64,000 nt of DNA from Planctomycetota bacterium (GTDB lineage Bacteria > Planctomycetota > B15-G4), in assembly GCA_965248575.1 (NCBI GenBank), contig CBDFJQ010000002.1, forward strand, positions 1,056,001 to 1,120,000. Reading direction: 5' to 3'. A program made the translations under genes and the position numbers. Below, one piece after another: positions 57,404 to 64,000 of this stretch. Below the pieces are notes generated by a model. It saw only the letters and a list, made by a program, of their open reading frames with translations. It made no database searches and was not told the origin of the DNA. Every line of letters begins with the position of its first letter. The first letter of the stretch is position 1.

Positions 57404-58801
57404 ATGCACCCACGGCTGAGCGCGCTGCAGGCCTCCTTGGACAGCGCGGGGCAGGCACATGTCCTGCGCTTCGCGGCAGAGCTCAGTGACGAGCAGGCCG
57501 AGGCCTTCGCGGACGAACTCGAAGCCCTGGATCTGAGACGCCTGCAGGGGCTGATCGGCCGGGTACTTGAGAGCGAGACCCAAGACGCCGGAGGCCCCGG
57601 CGAGGCACAGCTCGAGCCCCCGGAAGCCTTGGATTGGGGAACCGACGACGAGCGGGATGCCGCAGCCAGGGCCGCGGGAGAGAAGCTCCTCTCGGAGGGC
57701 AAGGTCGGCGCGTTCCTGGTGGCCGGGGGCCAAGGCACACGCCTTGGCTACGACGGCCCCAAGGGGCGTTACCCCGTGGGCCCTCTGACGCACCGCTCCC
57801 TGTTCGCGTATCACGCCCAACGTGTCTTGGCAGCGAGCCGTCGCTACGGCGCGGAGCTGCCCTTCTACGTGATGACGAGCCGGGCCAACAACGAGAACAC
57901 CCAGGCGGCCTTCGAGGAGGCCCGCTTTTTCGGCCTGCAACCTTCGCAGGTGTTCTTCCTGGTCCAAGGCATGCTTCCCGCCATCGACCCGCAGGGCAAG
58001 TTGCTGCTGGCGGACAAGGGCAGCCTGTCCCTGAGCCCCGACGGGCACGGGGGCTGCTTCCGCGCCCTCGAAGAGAGCGGCGCCCTGAAGGACATGGCGG
58101 CACGGGGGCTCGAGCAGCTCTTCTACTTCCAGGTCGACAACCCGCTTGCCCAGGTCTTCGACCCGCTCTTCATCGGGCACCACGCCCTGGCTGGCGCGCA
58201 GATGTCCACCAAGGTCGTGGAGAAGACGGAGCCAGGAGAGAAGGTGGGGGTTCTCGCCCGCGATCCCACCCTGGGACGCACCAGCCTGCTTGAGTACAGC
58301 GACCTGGACCCTGCGCTCGCTGAGGCCACGGATGCCGAAGGCCGGCTGCGCTTCCGCGCTGGCAACATCGCCATCCACATGCTCGATCTGGCCTTCGTCC
58401 GCTCCCTCGCCGAGGGCGGCCAGGATTTGCCGGTCCACCGGGCTGACAAGAAGGTGGCCTGCCTCGACGCAGCAGGTCAGCTGGTCGAGCCGTCTGAGCC
58501 CAATGCCGTGAAGATGGAGATGTTCGTCTTCGACGCGCTGCCCATGGCGGAACGCTCAGTGACCCAGTTCGTGCTGCGGGAAGACGAGTTTGCACCGGTC
58601 AAGAACGCCGAGGGCTCCGACAGTCCCGCAACCAGCGAAGCGGCCCTGTCGGAGCAGGCCAAGCGCTGGATGAAGGCCGCTGGCCTGGCGCCACCTTCGG
58701 GCGCGGCTGAAGTCGGCCCGCTCTTCGCCCTGGATCAGGCCCAGTTCCTCGCTACTCTGACCAGAGCAGACTTCGGTCCAGTCTTCGATCGCTCTGCCTG
58801 A
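57404..58801 (+). CDS. UDP-N-acetylhexosamine pyrophosphorylase, UAP1/UDPGP type
   Basis: GQAHV, AGGQGTRLG..GPKG, PDGHGG, QVDNPL, EKVG, EYS, K.EMFVFD, EFAPVKNA. Confidence 0.9.
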   Translation: MHPRLSALQASLDSAGQAHVLRFAAELSDEQAEAFADELEALDLRRLQGLIGRVLESETQDAGGPGEAQLEPPEALDWGTDDERDAAARAAGEKLLSEGKVGAFLVAGGQGTRLGYDGPKGRYPVGPLTHRSLFAYHAQRVLAASRRYGAELPFYVMTSRANNENTQAAFEEARFFGLQPSQVFFLVQGMLPAIDPQGKLLLADKGSLSLSPDGHGGCFRALEESGALKDMAARGLEQLFYFQVDNPLAQVFDPLFIGHHALAGAQMSTKVVEKTEPGEKVGVLARDPTLGRTSLLEYSDLDPALAEATDAEGRLRFRAGNIAIHMLDLAFVRSLAEGGQDLPVHRADKKVACLDAAGQLVEPSEPNAVKMEMFVFDALPMAERSVTQFVLREDEFAPVKNAEGSDSPATSEAALSEQAKRWMKAAGLAPPSGAAEVGPLFALDQAQFLATLTRADFGPVFDRSA

Positions 58802-58952
58802 GGCCAGCTTGGCCCCGCCCGCCTGCAGGGCGGAGCTTTGCAGACCTCGACGGCTTGGCGGCAGCGCATTGCATCGCATGGACCTCATGGACTTTATGGG
58901 GCCAGGTTCCTCACAAAGCGTGCTGCGCCCAAGAGGTAGAGGTAGCGAACGG

Positions 58953-60023
58953 ATGAATCAGCAGCACCCAGTGCCCGACTCCGACCACGCCTTGCGAGTG
59001 GCCGTCCTGGCCGGCGGCCCGTCCTCCGAGCACGCCGTCTCCTTGGACACGAGCCGGGAGATGCTGGAGGTGCTCCGCGCCGGCGGACATCGTGTGCATC
59101 CTGTCTTGATCGCCGCGTCGGGCGCCGAGCACACGGCGGACGACGGGCCGAGTGCGGAACTCTGGCGGGTGGGCAGCGAGCTCGACAGCTTCGACGACAA
59201 GACACCACCTTGCACACCGCGTGCCGAGGCCTTGCAGCAACTGAAGGACCTTGGCCTCATCGCCTGCCTCGGCCTGCACGGCCCGTTCGGCGAGGACGGC
59301 ACGGTCCAGAACCTGCTGCAGCACGCCGGCATCCCGTACACCGGGAGCGGCCCCGTGTCCTCCGAGCTCGGCATGGACAAGGAGTTGTCCAAGCTGGCGG
59401 CTGCCAAGGTGGGTGCGCGGACGGCGAGCCACGAAATGCTCGTGGGCAAGCGCATGCCCACCTGGGGCATCCAAAAAGGTGTGGGCTACCCCTGCTTCGT
59501 GAAGCCCGTGGCCGCCGGTTCCAGCGTGGGTATCACCCGGGTGCAGTCGGAAGACGATCTGCGCGAAGCCGTCAGCCGGGCGCAAGCACAGGACCGTGCA
59601 GGCCGCTGTCTTGTGGAAGCCCTGATCGAAGGGCCCGAAGTCACCTGCGCCGTGCTCCGCCACGAGGGGGAGGTCATTAGCTTCCCGCTGGTTGCGATCC
59701 AGCCCAAAGAGGACTTCTACGACTACCACGCCAAGTACACCTCCGACGAGACGGAGTACGTGTGCCCGGCAGAGGTCTCCAGCACTGTCCGCGACGAGAT
59801 CCAGGGTGTCTCACGCCAGCTCTACGGCATGCTCGAGCTGCGAGGCGTGGCTCGCTTCGACTTCATCGTGCGCGCTGATCCCGAGGAGCCCATCTTCCTG
59901 GAACTGAACACACTGCCCGGCTTCACGACGCACAGCCTGGTGCCCATGGCGGCCCGCTCAGCGGGCTGGAGTCCCCTGCAGCTGCTCGAAGCCGTCCTGG
60001 CGGATTCCACGGAGGCGGGGTGA
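58953..60023 (+). CDS. ddl: D-alanine--D-alanine ligase
   Basis: GGPSSEHAVSL, LHGPFGEDGTVQ, MDK, KP..GSSVG, FYDYHAKY, RFDF, ELNTLPGFT..SL. Confidence 0.95.
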   Translation: MNQQHPVPDSDHALRVAVLAGGPSSEHAVSLDTSREMLEVLRAGGHRVHPVLIAASGAEHTADDGPSAELWRVGSELDSFDDKTPPCTPRAEALQQLKDLGLIACLGLHGPFGEDGTVQNLLQHAGIPYTGSGPVSSELGMDKELSKLAAAKVGARTASHEMLVGKRMPTWGIQKGVGYPCFVKPVAAGSSVGITRVQSEDDLREAVSRAQAQDRAGRCLVEALIEGPEVTCAVLRHEGEVISFPLVAIQPKEDFYDYHAKYTSDETEYVCPAEVSSTVRDEIQGVSRQLYGMLELRGVARFDFIVRADPEEPIFLELNTLPGFTTHSLVPMAARSAGWSPLQLLEAVLADSTEAG

Positions 60024-60775
60024 GGCAGCCCATGACACCCCCGCTGCGTGTGGTGTTGGCCGGGGCGCGAGGCCGCATGGGCCGTGTGGCCCGACGGGCC
60101 CTGGCGGCGGAAGCTGCGGCAGGAACACCCGGCCAACAGACCCTGCTGCTGAGCGCAGAACTCCATCGGGAAGACTCCCCGGCCGACGTGCTCGAGCCCG
60201 AGGCCCACGACGTGCTGCTGGACTTCAGCCCGGCCGCAGGGAGTCGCGTCCACGCCCCCCTGGCGGCCGAGCGGGGGATTGCTCCGGTGGTCGGTTCGAG
60301 CGGCCTCTCGGCGGACGACATCGAGCGCCTGAGGCACGCCTGCGGAGTAGGTGGGGTCGGGGGGCTGCTGATCCCGAACTTCTCCGTGGGCGCCGTGCTG
60401 CAGATGCAGGCAGCCGAGCGCATCGCCGCCTTCCTTGAGTGCACGGGAATCCGGGAGATCCACCATCCCCAGAAACTCGACAGTCCCTCGGGCACAGCAC
60501 GTTCTACGGCGGAGCGCATCGAGCGCGGGGCGAGCGGAGCTGGTCGGGACACGAGGCCGCCGCAGATCCAAAGCGAACGCGTGCAGGGGGTGCTCGCCCG
60601 GCAGGTTGTACGCTTCGGCTCCGCGCACGAGCAGCTCGTGCTGGATCACGATGTCCGGGACCGCGAGGCCTACGCGCCCGGGATCCTGTTGGCGATCCGA
60701 GCCGTGGCCGGTCTGCGGGAGTTGAGGATCGGCCTCGACAGCTTGCTCAACGACGCTCTCGCACCCCCGGGTTGA
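60020..60775 (+). CDS. dapB: 4-hydroxy-tetrahydrodipicolinate reductase
   Basis: GARGRMG, DFS, PNFSVG, EIHHPQKLDSPSGTA, H...R..Y.PG. Confidence 0.9.
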   Translation: MRQPMTPPLRVVLAGARGRMGRVARRALAAEAAAGTPGQQTLLLSAELHREDSPADVLEPEAHDVLLDFSPAAGSRVHAPLAAERGIAPVVGSSGLSADDIERLRHACGVGGVGGLLIPNFSVGAVLQMQAAERIAAFLECTGIREIHHPQKLDSPSGTARSTAERIERGASGAGRDTRPPQIQSERVQGVLARQVVRFGSAHEQLVLDHDVRDREAYAPGILLAIRAVAGLRELRIGLDSLLNDALAPPG

Positions 60776-60812
60776 CGGCTGGTATGATTCCCGCCCTTGC
60801 CGAATCACGGCA

Positions 60813-60899
60813 GCCAGAGTGGCGGAATCGGTATACGCGGCGGATTCAAAATCCGCTGCCCGCAAGGGCATGGGGGTTCGAGTCCCCCCTCTGGCACCA
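60813..60899 (+). tRNA. tRNA-Leu(CAA)
   Basis: GCCAGAGTGGCGGAATCGG..GCGGA-TTCAAAA-TCCGC, long variable arm, GTTCGAGTCCC..CTGGCACCA; TGgTATGAT extended -10 at 60780-60788. Confidence 0.95.
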
Positions 60900-60983
60900 C
60901 CTCCATCTCCCGCTCCATGCCCCGGGCATCACCGAGCGCACGCACGGAGCTGCAGCGACAGCCACCCCAGAATCGGTTCCTGC

Positions 60984-62774
60984 ATGACCCATGTCCTAGC
61001 CGGCCTCGCGTGGGGTGCCCTGCTGGGCGGCGTGCTGGGGGGCGTGTTGTGGGGGGCGACCCTCGTCGAGGCGCTGGGCGTCGTGGCGCGGGAACAGTGG
61101 TGGTCCCAAGGGATGACACGCCTGGCCGCCGAAGCCCTGGCAGAGAGTATCCGGTTGCTCAGCGCCTGCACGCTGGGCGGGGCCGTCTTGGGTGCGGCGC
61201 TGGCCGCCTGGCGCCGCTCGGCCGCGCGTTCCTCATCCAGTTGGCTGCGGCGCCTCGGCCTCGGGTTGGGTGCGACCCTGGTCCTGATCAGCGTGGCAGC
61301 TGAGGTCACGCGCAACAGGATCGCGAAGTCGGCCGATGGTGCACCACCCCATGTCGTCTGGATCGTGCTCGATGCCCTGCGCGCCGACCACCTGGGCTCT
61401 TACGGATACCAACACGACACGAGCCCGTTCCTGGATGAACTGGCGGCACGAGCGACGCGCTTCGACTTCGCCGTGAGCCAGGAGTCCTACACCCTGGCGT
61501 CGGCCGCTTCCTATTTCACGTCGACCTATCCACCGCTGCACGGTGTGCTCTACGACGAGCCGCAACTCGACACGCTCGACAGCAGCATGCTGACCGTTGC
61601 CGAGGTCCTGAGCAATCGCGGCTATGCCACCGCCGCCTTCGTCTTCAACCCGCACCTGCAAGCGCGCTACAAGTTCGGGCAGGGCTTTGATGTCTACGAT
61701 GATGGTGTCACCAAGTCGCAAGACCCGGAGCCCCATGTCCACGATGTGTTCGACACGGCAGAGCGCATGCACACCAAGGTGGAGCACTACTTGTCGCAGC
61801 GGGCCGCTTCAGGAGACGAGCGGCCAGCAGCACTCTACTTGCACTACCGGGACATCCACGGCCCCTATGTTCCGCCGCCGCCGTACCACGACATGTTTGC
61901 GCCCGACACATGGACTGCGGCGCAGCGACAGTTCGCGTTGCGGGGGACCTGCCGACCTCTGTCCGAAGCCCCGGCGCCCTTCGTTGAAGACCTCGGCTAC
62001 CGCCATGCCCAATACGATGGAGAGATCCGCTACACGGACGACGCCCTCGTGCGCCTGTTCGAGCTGCTGAGCGAGCACAACATCGACCTGTCCAACACCG
62101 TGGTGATCGTCACGGCCGATCATGGTGAAGAGTTCCACGACCCGCACCCCGAAGACCAGAAGGGGTGGACGCACGGCCGCACGCTCTATGTCGAACAGGT
62201 GCGTGTGCCCTTGATCATCTCGGTACCGGACCAGGTGCGCGAGGGGCCGACGGGCAGCGGTGCCGGCCTTGAGCCAGGCCTTGTCATTGGCACACCTGTC
62301 GAACTGCTGGATCTCGGCCCCACGATCGTCGAGCTCGCCGGCTGTGCAGCGGACGAGACACCGCCCAGCTTCCAGGGACGTAGCCTGCTGCCCCTCATGC
62401 GCGGCGGCAGTCGCCCCGATCGGCCGGTCTTCAGCGGTGGAAACCACGGCCGCGGACTGGTGATGGCGGGGGGGCTTGCCTACTACGCGTACGACCAGAA
62501 CACCAAGACCTTGGCCCGACGACACTCCCTGCGGCCCGACGAGAACTACGAAGCAGACCGCCGCGCTCAGCTGTTCGACATGCGCGTGGACCCGGCGCAA
62601 GCTCGCGACATCTTGAGCGAGGACCCCGGGTCCGCCGAGCAACTCGACGCCCTGCTGCTCCAATGGCTCAGTGAAGCATCGGACCACATGCAGACCCAGC
62701 GCGTGGAGCTCGACGACGAGACCACGGAGCAACTCAAGGCGCTCGGCTACCTCGGCGGTTCCGACGGGGACTGA
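60984..62774 (+). CDS. Membrane-anchored sulfatase-like hydrolase/transferase
   Basis: N-terminal TMs; IVLDALRADHL..YGY, TSPFLD, HYRDIH.PY.PP, YDGEI...D, TADHGE, H..TLY, VPLI, terminal EQLKALGY. Confidence 0.87.
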   Translation: MTHVLAGLAWGALLGGVLGGVLWGATLVEALGVVAREQWWSQGMTRLAAEALAESIRLLSACTLGGAVLGAALAAWRRSAARSSSSWLRRLGLGLGATLVLISVAAEVTRNRIAKSADGAPPHVVWIVLDALRADHLGSYGYQHDTSPFLDELAARATRFDFAVSQESYTLASAASYFTSTYPPLHGVLYDEPQLDTLDSSMLTVAEVLSNRGYATAAFVFNPHLQARYKFGQGFDVYDDGVTKSQDPEPHVHDVFDTAERMHTKVEHYLSQRAASGDERPAALYLHYRDIHGPYVPPPPYHDMFAPDTWTAAQRQFALRGTCRPLSEAPAPFVEDLGYRHAQYDGEIRYTDDALVRLFELLSEHNIDLSNTVVIVTADHGEEFHDPHPEDQKGWTHGRTLYVEQVRVPLIISVPDQVREGPTGSGAGLEPGLVIGTPVELLDLGPTIVELAGCAADETPPSFQGRSLLPLMRGGSRPDRPVFSGGNHGRGLVMAGGLAYYAYDQNTKTLARRHSLRPDENYEADRRAQLFDMRVDPAQARDILSEDPGSAEQLDALLLQWLSEASDHMQTQRVELDDETTEQLKALGYLGGSDGD

Positions 62775-62804
62775 CGCGGGAGCCTCCTGGGGCACCAGCC
62801 TGCT

Positions 62805-63122
62805 TCAGCCTCGCCAGGCCCGCCACTCGGCCTCGGCATCGTCTGGCTCAGCATCCACATCGGCCAGCGGCTGCTCGTCTTGGCCGGAGTCCGATGAGGG
62901 AGTTGCTCCCGCCTGGTCGGCATCCGAGACGAGGCCGAAGAGCCGGAACAACACGAGCTGAATGGCGAGAAAGACTGCGGCCGCAGCCAGCAGCACGCCG
63001 ACAGCCGCACCCTGGGGGATCAGGACCGCACCACCCATGAGAGCCAGCACCATACCGACCACGAAGAACAGGCCGATCAGGAGCGCGATGGAACCACCGC
63101 GAGAGAGACGTGGAGCGGGCAT
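62805..63122 (-). CDS. Small two-TM membrane protein with acidic tail
   Basis: Two hydrophobic segments, then an acidic tail ending EWRAWRG; TGcTATGTT-N7-ATG upstream. Confidence 0.6.
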   Translation of the reverse strand: MPAPRLSRGGSIALLIGLFFVVGMVLALMGGAVLIPQGAAVGVLLAAAAVFLAIQLVLFRLFGLVSDADQAGATPSSDSGQDEQPLADVDAEPDDAEAEWRAWRG

Positions 63123-63266
63123 TGGCGTCAACATAGCATGGGCACACAGGCCCTGAGCTGGGCCTGGCAGCGGGGCCGGGCAGAGCAGCTCACGCTGGCC
63201 GTGCTCCTGTCGTACTCTCGACACCAAGCTCGCCCTGCCCCTGTGTCTGACCAGCGCGGAACCTCC

Positions 63267-63968
63267 ATGACTCGAACCCTCTCTGAGATGCTGCTCGTGC
63301 TCGCAGCGGGTCTGCTGCTAGGCCTCACGGTCAACGCCTTCTCCTCACAGGGGCTGGATCTGGGGCGCGACTACTTTCCCAGCGGCGTCGCCGGAAGCAG
63401 CGCCACCGGGAGTTCCGAGCAAGATCAGGACGCGGCACCGCCAGCGGCCGCAGATCCGATTCAGGAATCACCTGTGACGGAAGGGGAGGCGGAGAGCCCC
63501 GCGCCCGAGGACGCCCAGGACACATCACCCGAGAGCGCCCCTCTCTCAGCTGACGTCCAACAGCGCTTGGCGGAGAAGGGGCTGCGTGGGATCAATCACA
63601 GCGAGGCCCACGCCCTCTGGCAGGATCCGATGTACGAGTATGAAGCCTACGCGTTCATCGACGCCCGGGATGACGACCACTACGCAGCTGGCCACATACC
63701 GGGTGCCTACCAGTTCGACCACTTCCGTGCCGAGCGCTTTCAGGAGCAGATGCTCATGTTGCTGCCCACTTCCATGAAGGTGGTGGTCTACTGCAATGGG
63801 GGAGACTGCGAAGACAGCGAGTCCGCCGCGCTCTTCCTGCTGGCGTTGGGCGCGAACCCCGACACGCTCTCCGTGTACACCGGTGGCATCGCCGAGTGGG
63901 AGGAGCAGGGCTTGCCTGTCGAGACCGGCGCGCGCAACTCGGGCCTGCTCAAGGGAGAGGCACCGTGA
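63267..63968 (+). CDS. Membrane-anchored rhodanese-domain protein
   Basis: TM anchor, acidic linker, FIDAR...Y..GHIPGA, active loop YCNGGDCEDS, GG..EW...GLPVE. Confidence 0.88.
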   Translation: MTRTLSEMLLVLAAGLLLGLTVNAFSSQGLDLGRDYFPSGVAGSSATGSSEQDQDAAPPAAADPIQESPVTEGEAESPAPEDAQDTSPESAPLSADVQQRLAEKGLRGINHSEAHALWQDPMYEYEAYAFIDARDDDHYAAGHIPGAYQFDHFRAERFQEQMLMLLPTSMKVVVYCNGGDCEDSESAALFLLALGANPDTLSVYTGGIAEWEEQGLPVETGARNSGLLKGEAP

Positions 63969-64000
63969 CCCTGTTTCTTGTCGCCCGCGTCATCCTGGGT
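63965..64000 (+). CDS. 5' fragment of a probable MauE/DoxX membrane protein (truncated by the window edge)
   Basis: GTGA overlap with the rhodanese gene; only VTLFLVARVILG is visible. Confidence 0.35.
   Translation, partial: MTLFLVARVILG

Noticed and set aside
59710..59740. Ddl as a VanA-like D-Ala-D-Lac ligase
   Set aside because: The omega loop FYDYHAKY keeps the Tyr of D-Ala-D-Ala ligases, and no van genes are adjacent

Overview
A 64-kb, GC-rich, gene-dense core-genome region of a diderm bacterium. Planctomycetota/PVC is the most likely source. That is an inference from an HTH_17+REC regulator, a UAP1-type pyrophosphorylase, thiL-tsaE adjacency, HEAT proteins, a sulfatase-like gene and a CT017-like SH3 protein. 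It holds about 55 CDS. DNA repair and replication: XPB-like helicase plus partner, dinB, ruvB, holA, mutL, recA. Translation: alaS, smpB-ssrA, tgt, tsaE, rpmF, tRNA-Val(GAC), tRNA-Leu(CAG), tRNA-Leu(CAA). Lipids and cofactors: the plsX-fabHDG-acpP-fabF operon, thiE-like/thiL, nadD, menG-ubiX-mqnP-like. Envelope: gmd/rmd, uppP, PGRP-type amidase, SpoIID, ddl, dapB, TolC, HtrA, a TMTC-like glycosyltransferase and a 1483-aa surface lipoprotein. I see no integrase, transposase, prophage, CRISPR array or clear defence island. The best leads are (1) the giant Ig/beta-propeller lipoprotein with its own promoter and structured leader, (2) an XPB plus p52/Tfb2-like partner module, (3) a coupled lipoprotein-DUF366-flippase operon behind tmRNA, (4) a TMTC-like transferase head-to-head with a LolA-like protein, (5) a Chlamydia CT017-like SH3 protein, (6) a recurrent leaderless-mRNA promoter pattern, and (7) structured intergenic elements around recA. 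All family assignments come from motifs read by eye; no searches were run.
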